Shown here in pieces: positions 1-8,932 of a stretch of 64,000 bases of DNA. The stretch's first letter is position 1; every line of letters begins with the position of its first letter. The translations under genes were made by a program, and so were the position numbers. This DNA comes from a virus (taxonomy: Duplodnaviria > Caudoviricetes). The stretch spans positions 1-64,000 of IMG/VR virus record IMGVR_UViG_3300014204_000124; one strand, written 5' to 3'. The notes under the pieces are model-generated. The model searched no databases and was not told the origin of the DNA. It worked only from the letters and a program-made list of their open reading frames with translations.

Positions 1-2
1 CG

Positions 3-128
3 GATTTTCCTGGGTTTAGTTTACCGAGTTTGAAACTACCGGGGTTACCGAGTTTTTCACTACCGAGTTTCACTTTGCCGAGTTTACCTTCGTTGCCCAG
101 TTTCAGTTTGACGTGTCCGCTGGACTAA
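3..128 (+). CDS. 3' end of a Leu-Pro-Ser repeat protein (partial, starts upstream of window)
   Basis: Frame 3 reads DFPGFSLPSLKLPGLPSFSLPSFTLPSLPSLPSFSLTCPLD* (TAA 126-128), which explains the TACCGAGTTT nucleotide repeats. Confidence 0.7.
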   Translation, partial: DFPGFSLPSLKLPGLPSFSLPSFTLPSLPSLPSFSLTCPLD

Positions 129-183
129 CGATGGTTTTGACAAAGCACCCGGAATGGGTGATAGTGCATTGAAGGGGGGCCAT

Positions 184-693
184 ATGAAGCAGTTGGAGCG
201 TTTGAGAGTTTTGTTAGAATCGGCGAGCGAGCGAGTTGACGAGTCCGTCTGGGTACCGACGTATGGGAGAGAGAAAGAGACAGACCCGGTTGAAATTGAC
301 GGGTCTTATATGCAGCGATTGGTGGCAGCCAGGGTTGGCTGGTTGGCTGAGGTGGTGGCGGGGATCGCTGCGAGGGTTCTTTCTATCAAGGACGGGTCGC
401 AGTACGAATATAGCAGTGTGAAAAGGGTTGCTCCGTGGGAGTATGCTGGTGCTGATTACAATTTTGTGTCGAGGGTGGGAACAGGGAGTATTGAGTTCAG
501 GCTGGTCAGCAAGGGTGACTCTTATCCCCAAGCTGTCAGTGTGAACAGTGGCGAGAAGAACAGAGTCCCTATTGGTAGTGTTGCCGTAGCATATACGGCG
601 AGAGACGATTCGATTGTAACGAAGACGTTTATGTTCGACGCGGGCACTAAGCCAGCGGAGTTGGCAACTGCCATTCTGGGGTTTATTGGTTGA
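184..693 (+). CDS. Hypothetical protein with shared N-terminal leader (MKQLERLRVLLES), putative capsid-internal protein
   Basis: Purine-rich SD (GAAGGGGG) before ATG 184; leader matches six other proteins in the window. Confidence 0.65.
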   Translation: MKQLERLRVLLESASERVDESVWVPTYGREKETDPVEIDGSYMQRLVAARVGWLAEVVAGIAARVLSIKDGSQYEYSSVKRVAPWEYAGADYNFVSRVGTGSIEFRLVSKGDSYPQAVSVNSGEKNRVPIGSVAVAYTARDDSIVTKTFMFDAGTKPAELATAILGFIG

Positions 694-699
694 GCGCAA

Positions 700-1122
700 T
701 TGATTGCGGGGGAGTTGATGTTGGTGGCAGGGACGTTACAGTCTGGGTTTTTGGATATGGCAGTGAACCCGTCTATTGATGTGGCGACAGCGGCGCAGAG
801 GTTCGCTGGAGTGTTGATGTCCTGGGCCAGCGGGGCACAGGCGATGGGAATTCCTGCTGTAGTTTCGGTGGCAGCGGCACAGGCCGGGTTTATGGCGGGG
901 GAACGGTTACCGATGATCTTATCTAAGTTTTGGCCTACTGTTGTTTTTGCAGGGATGGTCGCACCTCCTGTTGGGCCGCCTATGGCCGAGCCTTTGGTAG
1001 CGCCGACAGCGGATGCTGCTGGTGCGGCTCAAACGCTTGCAACGGCTATTCAATCAAATGCGATGATGCAGACGGTGACGTTTTTGGTAGGCGGAGTTCC
1101 AACTGTGTTTCCTATCGTGTGA
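700..1122 (+). CDS. Ala-rich hypothetical virion protein
   Basis: ORF directly upstream of the gp25-like gene; start uncertain (TTG 700 or ATG 718). Confidence 0.55.
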   Translation: MIAGELMLVAGTLQSGFLDMAVNPSIDVATAAQRFAGVLMSWASGAQAMGIPAVVSVAAAQAGFMAGERLPMILSKFWPTVVFAGMVAPPVGPPMAEPLVAPTADAAGAAQTLATAIQSNAMMQTVTFLVGGVPTVFPIV

Positions 1123-1128
1123 GGCATT

Positions 1129-1503
1129 ATGGGATTGGTGGATATCAAATTTGGGCTTGTGAATGCGGGTGGACAGTTCCCGGTCACACTATCGTCGAGT
1201 GATACAGTGGGGGATGTTATTTTGATAGCGTTGATGGTGAAGCGGGGGGCTTTCCCGTGGCTCCCCGAGTTTGGGGGTGACCAATCGGAACTTGTTTTTG
1301 AAAATCTTAGTCTTGATTCATTTAGGTCGAGGTTATTGGACCGATTGAGGTATTTGTTTTCATCGTATCTCCCATTTGTGAGGATTGTGGACGTTTTCCC
1401 GAAGGTAATGAACCATGGGGGGGCAGACGTATGGTTTGCGGATGTCCAGTATGAGTATCAGGGGGTTCCTGGAGGCGTTTTTGTACCATTAGGAGGTAAC
1501 TAG
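1129..1503 (+). CDS. Baseplate wedge/sheath initiator, T4 gp25/GPW-like
   Basis: Motif RGAFPWLPEFGG..SELVFE...YLPFVRIVDV typical of the gp25 family; 124 aa; directly upstream of baseplate wedge gene. Confidence 0.8.
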   Translation: MGLVDIKFGLVNAGGQFPVTLSSSDTVGDVILIALMVKRGAFPWLPEFGGDQSELVFENLSLDSFRSRLLDRLRYLFSSYLPFVRIVDVFPKVMNHGGADVWFADVQYEYQGVPGGVFVPLGGN

Positions 1504-3764
1504 TGGGGCGGAATAAGATAGCGACAGATTTGCCGGTGCGTTTGTACGGTGTGGACCGTGCGATGATACGGGATTTTGTTTTGCAGGAGTTGAAGGGAAA
1601 CGCGTCTTTCGCTGCTGTTTTCAACAATTTTATATCAGCGGCACAGGGGATGCTGTTTATTGAGGTTGTAGTGAATGCCACCTTGCACGCTATTTACTAT
1701 GGTGATCGGCGCGCCAAGAACTCATATCTTCCGACTGCGGATCTTCGGTCGGCAATATCCGCTATATGTGACACACTGGGTTATAAAATGCGAGGTGCGG
1801 CGGCTGGGGTTGTTGATCTGGATGTAGTGGGGTTGCCTTCCGGCCCATATGTGTTTGATGTGGTTATTCCGAGGGGTTTCAAGTTTATAGGTGATGGCAA
1901 GGTATTTGAGTCGACTGAGTCTAAGACCGTCCCTGCTGGGTCGGTAGCGTTAGCGGGTTCGATAGCACTATGCCAAGGGGAATCAAAGACTAGGACATTT
2001 ACCGGGGATGGTAGTGCCAATCAGCGTTTGGTTTTAGCGGATGTTACGGATTCTTCTGGTAAGTATCTTGCTGGTGGCAGTGTGAAGGTTTGGGTCAACG
2101 GAGTCGAGTGGGATATAGTTGATTTTATTTCATTTGGTGCGGGGGAGGAGGTTCAGGTTGATTACAATGCCACTTTCCCGGAGATAAGGGGAGGGGATGG
2201 GGTTGCCGGAAAGGTTTTCCCTGTTGGTGCGACTGTCCTGGTTTCGTATTTTGTTACTGATGGCGAACGGGGCTATGTGGCGAAAGAGCGTATCAACGCT
2301 GCTGCGAGTACATTGACGGTGGCAGGTCAGGTTATTCCATTGGCCGTGCTGAATTCTAAGGCTGTAGGCAGTATGTCGGGGCCGGAGACTCTCACTGAGG
2401 CCAGGGTAGCCGCGCCACGTTGGCGTAGAGCTGGTCAGGCGAAGGTTGTTGCCGATGACATAGAGGCAATGGCCGAGGCTTTCTCGGATGCTCAATACGG
2501 GGTTGTTGCCAGGGCCAAGGCGTTTTCTGCTAGGTCAGCCAGTTCGGATGTGGCGTTCCAGGGGATGTTGTCAGAATTGCGGAGTAGTGTCTCGCAGCCG
2601 TCCTCTGTGATAACATCGGAAGTGGCGGCTATAACTCAGTTATTGCTTGCTTCCAAGGCGTTGGTTGATGGGATTCGTTCGGATCTTTCCGATATAGAGT
2701 CAGCGAAGGGGGATATCTCGGCAGAGCGAGGGCAGGTGGACAATAGCAGAAGCGTACTATCGACCAGACTCATTGATTTGACTTCTCACATATCATCTTT
2801 GCAAAGTCATATCACCAGTTTCACTTCGGCGGCGTCGATAGTGAAGGTAAATGCTATCCCTCTGGCAGCGTTGGTATCGGGCACAATTACAGGGACCGGA
2901 GCACCTGGGGACAACGCATTGGACCCTGTTACGTATGCTGAGTTGGCTTTGTATTCAGGGCTTTTGGCGGTCAATGGGGTGATAGTAGAGTCGCAGACGG
3001 CGGCGTTGGGGCAGGACAAAAATGATTTGCAGGGTGATGCTTCAGCTTTGGGAGGTCTTGCTACGGCGTTGGCGAGTTCGGTTACCAATATAACAGCATC
3101 CGAGAACGAAATTCAGGTTGGCAAGAATTCAGCAACTGTTCGTGCCGATGCGTTAGAAGATGCGGGGGGCACAGTTGGGAAGTTTGTGGATATTGCGGCT
3201 GCATTGGTAGTTGCCGAAACAGCCAATCTTGGATGGTCGGACGATGGCGAGTTATTGGCACAGTCGCTTTACGATCATGTTGACGCTATTCTGTCTCACG
3301 ATTGCAAGGCGAATGTTGTCAGTTTGCCGGTGCTTTCACTAAACTCTGAGGGATACTATGCAGCGCCTTCTGTTGGGCTAATCGCTCGACTTGAATCATA
3401 TATGAACGATGGCAAAAAGGCTCCGTCTGTGTTCATTTCGGTAGCGTCACGCGAAGATTCTTTGGTGGCTGCCACCGTGGAGATAACGGGTGTGCTGTTG
3501 CCTGGGTATGTGCGGGAAGAGGTGCAGGATGCACTTGTTGAAGTCGTTAGTCAGGTATTAAAGTTGAGGGAGTTTGGCGTTTCGTTGTATGAGAAGGAAA
3601 TTTACGATGCAATTCATGATGCCGGTATCAGCGGCATTGGTTCTGCGCTGACTGTTCAAATTACCGGGCCGTCGCAATATCTTGATTCTCGCGGCAATCT
3701 TATCATTGATTCAACAAGGGTAGTGACGAAGGGGAATGTTTCTGCCATTCTGACATTGTCATAG
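1503..3764 (+). CDS. Baseplate wedge protein (T4 gp6 / baseplate J-like) with central helical insertion
   Basis: SYLPTA.LRSAI..ICDTLGYK, GDGVAGK, GPETL.EARVAAP, VVADDIE motifs; gene order after gp25. Confidence 0.8.
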   Translation: MGRNKIATDLPVRLYGVDRAMIRDFVLQELKGNASFAAVFNNFISAAQGMLFIEVVVNATLHAIYYGDRRAKNSYLPTADLRSAISAICDTLGYKMRGAAAGVVDLDVVGLPSGPYVFDVVIPRGFKFIGDGKVFESTESKTVPAGSVALAGSIALCQGESKTRTFTGDGSANQRLVLADVTDSSGKYLAGGSVKVWVNGVEWDIVDFISFGAGEEVQVDYNATFPEIRGGDGVAGKVFPVGATVLVSYFVTDGERGYVAKERINAAASTLTVAGQVIPLAVLNSKAVGSMSGPETLTEARVAAPRWRRAGQAKVVADDIEAMAEAFSDAQYGVVARAKAFSARSASSDVAFQGMLSELRSSVSQPSSVITSEVAAITQLLLASKALVDGIRSDLSDIESAKGDISAERGQVDNSRSVLSTRLIDLTSHISSLQSHITSFTSAASIVKVNAIPLAALVSGTITGTGAPGDNALDPVTYAELALYSGLLAVNGVIVESQTAALGQDKNDLQGDASALGGLATALASSVTNITASENEIQVGKNSATVRADALEDAGGTVGKFVDIAAALVVAETANLGWSDDGELLAQSLYDHVDAILSHDCKANVVSLPVLSLNSEGYYAAPSVGLIARLESYMNDGKKAPSVFISVASREDSLVAATVEITGVLLPGYVREEVQDALVEVVSQVLKLREFGVSLYEKEIYDAIHDAGISGIGSALTVQITGPSQYLDSRGNLIIDSTRVVTKGNVSAILTLS

Positions 3765-3773
3765 GAGGGGAGG

Positions 3774-5846
3774 ATGCCTGTCAATTTAGTGCCGGATCTC
3801 GGTAAAGGAAACGTGAAGGTTCGGTTCAAGGAGCGGTATGTTTCGGAGGGGATAAACATGCGCCAGTTTGGGCTGGCACCTCGTGGAGTGATCCGTGGTT
3901 TTGAGATTGTACCGTCACTCGGCAATTGGCTGGTTGATGTAGTTATTGATGGGGATTTGCTGGATAGCGTAGCTGTCGTGGAGTTATCTACGGGGGTTCA
4001 GGTTAAGGTTAGGCTAGACGCCAGTATGCTGGGCGTAGATTTGACTGCATTAGCGGGCGTTAGAGCGGTATTTGTGCTGCGGGTAGATTATGTTTCAGGG
4101 GCGGAGACTGTGCTGGCGTTGGATGCGTATACGGAAGCCGACTACTTGGCGGCTGCGGACGAGTTTATGTGTGTGCTTGGTGAGGTCGATGTTCCTGCTC
4201 TTGCGGCACCAATAACAGAGGATATGATCGGTGGCCTGTATCGGAAGTGGTATTTTCTCGGTGCTCCGAAGGGCACGGAAGATTATGAGCGTTATGGGAT
4301 AGGTCGGCAAAGGGTCGGTGTGCAGATGGGGGTACTTGATACTCTTGCGCAGGATGTTTTTGTTTTTAACCCTATCGGTGCGGGGGGGGAAGAGGTTCGT
4401 TCGGAGGTGGCTCATATTATCGCAGGTGGTATACCCTGGGTTGAGGGCAACAAAGTTCTCCACTTCGATTTAGCGCCTGTGGCAGCCGAGAAATATGCGG
4501 CTTTTTATATGCCTATAGCGACGAGGGTGCCCTGTGTTTCGGGGGACCGGTTTATATTGGATTTGGCCGTTGAACTGACGGCTGTTGAGTTCAAGGCGGC
4601 ATGGGGAGGTAATGATCGTCTCGGTGTTCGTTTCGCTTACTATGATGATTCGGGGGTGGCGGTAGGGAGCCAGGAGTTTGATTTGAGGGACTACGTATTA
4701 GGTCCGCCGTACGCTACGGTAGGGTTCGAACGGTTCACTGTACCCTATACTGCTATGGCTGGTTGCCGATATGTATCTGTTTACTTCGAGGCCCTTGGGC
4801 TTTGGAAAAAATTAGGGGCTGTGTGGGGGGACAGTTGCGTGAGGATTGCTTTCGCTGATGTTTACAGGCAACGGCATGATCCTGCATTCGGCGGAGTTAC
4901 GGACGGGATTCAGAATCCCAAGACATTTACCTCTTTGTATCTGGCTCCTTTGCAGGAATTGTCGGCTTTGCGAAGGATTTACGATGATTTACCCGCTGGG
5001 GTTCCATATCCATATGTAGCGTCGTTACCTTTGAGCGGTGTTTCATTCCGTGTCGAGGTTTGCGATTCGGGAGCTGGGGTTCCTGCTTCCCGGTTGGTGG
5101 TGGAGGGGTTGAACGGGGACAAATATCCTGGTGGTATGCCAGCTCTAGAGTTCGTGAGTAATCTTTGGACGAAGATTGGAGGTTGGGGGGCTGGAGTTGG
5201 TACTGTCGGGCAAGACCTTGCGTATATGGCGGGCGGCACTGGTGCCGGGGGGGAAGCCAGGGTCTCCTGTGGTGGCCTGGGTTCTGTCCGTGTTTACACG
5301 GATGATGGTGAGCTTCTTATTTTTACGACGGGGATTGGTAATTTGTCATTGACGACGCTGAAGCTATTATCGTTGACGGGTGTTATCCCAGATGCTGGGG
5401 TGGACTTTGCGGGGACGAAGGTTATCGGTGCGGCATGTCCTAACGCTGTACTGCTCCGTGAGGAAGCGGGTGTACCAGCCGTTGGTGGTGTCTTCAAGCG
5501 CGTCGATGACATAAAGGCGTGTGTCCCGGCGGAAGATATTTTGTACGAGGAGTGGTTCAATTGCATAACCCCGGCTGCTTTTGCCGTTGTTCCGTTCTAC
5601 TATTTTTGGATTCGGTTCCCTTACACCTATTTTACGGGCGGTTCTCCTACGAATCCTGCAAACTGGTATCTGCCAACTGCCGCGGAGATCGATATTTCGG
5701 CTTCTGTCAAAACTGCGAATATTAATGTAGCAGAGGTAACAGACGTGACAGAGTATGGATTTACGGTGAGACTGGCGATGGACCCCACTGCTGTTGCTGG
5801 CCAACCTACAACGTGTCAGTTGAAGTGGAAATTTGTCCCTGCGTAA
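3774..5846 (+). CDS. Baseplate/tail-fibre-associated structural protein
   Basis: 690 aa, beta-rich, SD GGAGG, follows baseplate wedge gene. Confidence 0.55.
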   Translation: MPVNLVPDLGKGNVKVRFKERYVSEGINMRQFGLAPRGVIRGFEIVPSLGNWLVDVVIDGDLLDSVAVVELSTGVQVKVRLDASMLGVDLTALAGVRAVFVLRVDYVSGAETVLALDAYTEADYLAAADEFMCVLGEVDVPALAAPITEDMIGGLYRKWYFLGAPKGTEDYERYGIGRQRVGVQMGVLDTLAQDVFVFNPIGAGGEEVRSEVAHIIAGGIPWVEGNKVLHFDLAPVAAEKYAAFYMPIATRVPCVSGDRFILDLAVELTAVEFKAAWGGNDRLGVRFAYYDDSGVAVGSQEFDLRDYVLGPPYATVGFERFTVPYTAMAGCRYVSVYFEALGLWKKLGAVWGDSCVRIAFADVYRQRHDPAFGGVTDGIQNPKTFTSLYLAPLQELSALRRIYDDLPAGVPYPYVASLPLSGVSFRVEVCDSGAGVPASRLVVEGLNGDKYPGGMPALEFVSNLWTKIGGWGAGVGTVGQDLAYMAGGTGAGGEARVSCGGLGSVRVYTDDGELLIFTTGIGNLSLTTLKLLSLTGVIPDAGVDFAGTKVIGAACPNAVLLREEAGVPAVGGVFKRVDDIKACVPAEDILYEEWFNCITPAAFAVVPFYYFWIRFPYTYFTGGSPTNPANWYLPTAAEIDISASVKTANINVAEVTDVTEYGFTVRLAMDPTAVAGQPTTCQLKWKFVPA

Positions 5847-5857
5847 TGGAGGTATAT

Positions 5858-6367
5858 ATGAAAGAGCGTTTTGTTTCCGAGACATTTTGGGGTGCTGTTG
5901 AAACGGGTGTTGCGTCAAGGGTGGTGGTTACAGAGGAGGTGTTGGCGCAGCGTGTTCCTTCGGCACCAATGAAGCAGGCTATTGGTAAAGTAACTGCTAA
6001 GATATCAGGACTGTTGTCCGACTTTTTTGATGAGGAGTTCAAGCGTCTTGGGGGGCGGTTAGTGTCGGCTCTGTTTTCTAGCGGGAAGGTTGTAGTCAGG
6101 GGCGAGTTTGAGAGGAATGGATGGTCGGTGGATCTGACGATTACCTATCCATTTGTTCCAGGCTTGGTTATGTGGAAGATGGAAAGAGTGAACGAGATAC
6201 CATGGCGGGCGATAGTTTCTGGTTATGGGATAGAGGGGGAAGAGCGAGTTGGGGCGATGACACTGAGTGCAACGTCTGTTGTGACCTTGGATGACTTTGT
6301 AGAGGCATTGGGTGTTGGTAAAGTGATGGGCTCGCCTTCCAAGGGGACGAAGTTGGTGGGGGCATGA
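5858..6367 (+). CDS. Hypothetical protein
   Basis: SD GGAGG before ATG 5858; overlaps next gene by ATGA. Confidence 0.6.
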   Translation: MKERFVSETFWGAVETGVASRVVVTEEVLAQRVPSAPMKQAIGKVTAKISGLLSDFFDEEFKRLGGRLVSALFSSGKVVVRGEFERNGWSVDLTITYPFVPGLVMWKMERVNEIPWRAIVSGYGIEGEERVGAMTLSATSVVTLDDFVEALGVGKVMGSPSKGTKLVGA

Positions 6368-6738
6368 AGCGCAAGTTGAGGACACTATTTGGGTGTGAAA
6401 ATCGTGTTTCTCAATCTGCGGAAGATATTCTGCGGAAGTCTGTCAAGTTTATCGTTAGGTACTTGGACATGTATGGAGTGGACCGATTAGGTGAGGATGT
6501 TATTGCATCGAAGGGGAATGTATTACTGAGATGTACAGGGTTAGCAGGTGGGGAAGATGTCATTCTGGAGATTTCCCCAGACGGGGTAGACTTCCATGCT
6601 GAGTTGAGGATTGGTGAGGGAGTGTTCTTGGATTGGTATGTAGAGCGGAGTAGAGTAATGGCTATTCGGGAGTTGCCCGAGGTGATAGGGTGGGCGGCGG
6701 AAGCGCTCCTGTCGCAACGATTTAATAGGAGGGTCTGA
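6364..6738 (+). CDS. Hypothetical protein
   Basis: ATGA translational coupling. Confidence 0.6.
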   Translation: MKRKLRTLFGCENRVSQSAEDILRKSVKFIVRYLDMYGVDRLGEDVIASKGNVLLRCTGLAGGEDVILEISPDGVDFHAELRIGEGVFLDWYVERSRVMAIRELPEVIGWAAEALLSQRFNRRV

Positions 6739-7799
6739 TGCCTATCACGGGGAAATGCAGGTGGACGTATCCAGAAAAATATTCAGTGGAGTGGTACGAA
6801 GTTTTTGGTTCGCTTTTAACGGAGCAAGACGAAGCCGTTTATGCAGCTCGTGAAGACCGTAATTTACTTATTATGGCGGAGTGTGAGTTTTCTTTTGTGT
6901 CAGGGACGGGGGAAGTGTCATGGGATGCGTCTATTGATATCCTTGGCCCTACGACTGGGAAGGTTGGGACGATAGGGGCGGATACGGCTGTTTTGTTAGA
7001 TGGGGAGATGCTTGTTGTGCCTTTGGTACGTTCTCCCCAAGACGATCTACTTTTGTCGGTTGAAGTAGTAGAGCGAGTTACCGATTCTGTGGGGGGCATT
7101 CCGCTGGACCAGGATAGTGTTTTAGTTTTGGCTATCAGGCGTGGTGCTTCTGTTTTTTTCAGGAATGGCATTGTACTGCATGATGGTGATGCTTGTCAGG
7201 TGTTTTCCGGGTCTGATTCCATGCGCAAAGGCGTGTATGACACCAATGATGATGGCAAGGTTGATGCTGCTGAGGTAGCTGATACGGCCACTATGGCGGA
7301 CGCAGCCAAGGCTATCAATGATGGTGTTTATACGGCGAGTGCTTTGCAACTGGAGTATGCCAGGAAGAGAAACTGGGATAGCATGGTGCTTCATTTAGGG
7401 ATGGACAAAGTGGCAACGCAAGCGGTCCCTGCGTTGTCGTGTAGCCAGTTCCATTGGTACAACGGTTACTGGGGTTACGGTTTTTGGGGACTTGCCGAAC
7501 CTGCCTATTATTTCACAGTGGTTGCTTGGGTCGCAGGGCCTACACCTGGGACTACGGTGAAGGTTGAATTATACAATCTCACCGATGGGGAACTGGTTAC
7601 GGGAACGGACCTTACGACGGGGTCTGGAACGCCTGTCGTATTGAAGTCGCCTGTGCTTTTGGTGGGAGGCGGTGCGGGACAACTCAGGAATGTCGAGTCG
7701 TTGTATGAGGTGAGAGTGACGTTGATAGGAGCCGCAGACCCGGCTGATTTCGGCTATTTAGGCAGTTCTAGTCTCAGGTTTATCCATACTATCGTATAG
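6738..7799 (+). CDS. Tail fibre-like structural protein
   Basis: Contains SMRKGVYDTNDDGKVDAAE, a motif common in phage fibre proteins; structural context. Confidence 0.55.
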   Translation: MPITGKCRWTYPEKYSVEWYEVFGSLLTEQDEAVYAAREDRNLLIMAECEFSFVSGTGEVSWDASIDILGPTTGKVGTIGADTAVLLDGEMLVVPLVRSPQDDLLLSVEVVERVTDSVGGIPLDQDSVLVLAIRRGASVFFRNGIVLHDGDACQVFSGSDSMRKGVYDTNDDGKVDAAEVADTATMADAAKAINDGVYTASALQLEYARKRNWDSMVLHLGMDKVATQAVPALSCSQFHWYNGYWGYGFWGLAEPAYYFTVVAWVAGPTPGTTVKVELYNLTDGELVTGTDLTTGSGTPVVLKSPVLLVGGGAGQLRNVESLYEVRVTLIGAADPADFGYLGSSSLRFIHTIV

Positions 7800-7807
7800 G
7801 TGGGAAC

Positions 7808-8680
7808 ATGGCGCATAAGATAACTAAAGAAGTGGCAAGTGCTTTGCATTTACGGAAAGAGCTTGTATGGCGTGTCTACGATCACATAAACACAGATGCT
7901 GTGAGCGGTTGGGTTATTACTCATGTAGTGGGGACGTGGACCAATGCAGGGACCGTGGCAGACGGCAATTATTTCGTAGCCACCTCGTCGGATGGTCAGC
8001 AGATTATTATGTCCGCTAATGATAGCGGTGGAACCGTCAACCTAACGTGGGGAACTGCGGGTAAGATTGCTTCAACAGCCGTTGGGTTGGTCTATTCTCC
8101 TACGGGAGGGTGGGTGACTGGTGACTTGAATTTTACCAATGCTACGCTTCCGCCTACATATGTGGAAACAACCTTCATCGCTTTTCAGACTACCAGTATA
8201 TACCATCGTGTCAGTATCATTACGGAGGCAGATGCTATCATTGTGTTTTGGTTCGCCAAGCACACATCGCCGCCTGCTGTCACGGATTCGCCGAGGATGA
8301 TATATGCTGGTTTAGGTGAGACCGCTGAGGTTGCAGATGTACAGCCGTATGTGGCGATAGCGGGGGAACCGGTAGCTACGGCTTCGACCGGTTGTTGGGG
8401 ATACAGAATAGCTGGGTTGGGGCGGGTGGTTAATACGGCGGGGAACGCGTTCGAAGCGGGGTTTATGGGGCCGGTTCTTCCCATAGGTGGATATGGTCAA
8501 ACGAAGGGAGGTCGCTGGGTGGAATTTGATTGTGCGTTTATGTATAGTTCGGCGGCCCCCAAATACTCTTTGAAGCTGAAGCATGTGAAACGAATTGACT
8601 CGTCTTCGGGGACGCTTAACACGGATCAGGCTCCAGTTTCTCGCGTGTGCGTATGCGAGGTAACTGTTCCTTGGGAGTAG
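7808..8680 (+). CDS. Putative virion structural protein
   Basis: Thr/Gly/Ala-rich beta protein in tail module. Confidence 0.5.
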   Translation: MAHKITKEVASALHLRKELVWRVYDHINTDAVSGWVITHVVGTWTNAGTVADGNYFVATSSDGQQIIMSANDSGGTVNLTWGTAGKIASTAVGLVYSPTGGWVTGDLNFTNATLPPTYVETTFIAFQTTSIYHRVSIITEADAIIVFWFAKHTSPPAVTDSPRMIYAGLGETAEVADVQPYVAIAGEPVATASTGCWGYRIAGLGRVVNTAGNAFEAGFMGPVLPIGGYGQTKGGRWVEFDCAFMYSSAAPKYSLKLKHVKRIDSSSGTLNTDQAPVSRVCVCEVTVPWE

Positions 8681-8683
8681 GAG

Positions 8684-8932
8684 ATGGCAGAACTTACGTT
8701 CGCTCCGGTATCTATTGATATGGGCACACTAGCTACGGCGTCGTTTGCACAGGCTAATTCAGGCGGTGGTGCGTTGGCTTTCCTGAATCGTGCTCGTCAC
8801 ACGAGCGGAGTGTTCATTTCGTGGAAGAGTTTGGATTCGCAGGATTTGGCTATGACCTATTGCCCAGGTAGTCCGAACCCTGTGGACTACAGTGATTTCG
8901 TTGTGTTGGGTACGTATTGGGAGGCGGGATGA
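8684..8932 (+). CDS. Small hypothetical protein
   Basis: SD AGGAG; coupled to next gene. Confidence 0.55.
   Translation: MAELTFAPVSIDMGTLATASFAQANSGGGALAFLNRARHTSGVFISWKSLDSQDLAMTYCPGSPNPVDYSDFVVLGTYWEAG

Noticed and set aside
20-110. Short TACCGAGTTT repeats as CRISPR or iterons
   Set aside because: Spacing is irregular in multiples of 3 and is explained by an LPS-repeat coding frame; no spacers of CRISPR length.
137-165. TTGACA...GATAGT as a member of the promoter family
   Set aside because: It lacks the TATGCTGTAA box; it may be a weak promoter but cannot be supported further.
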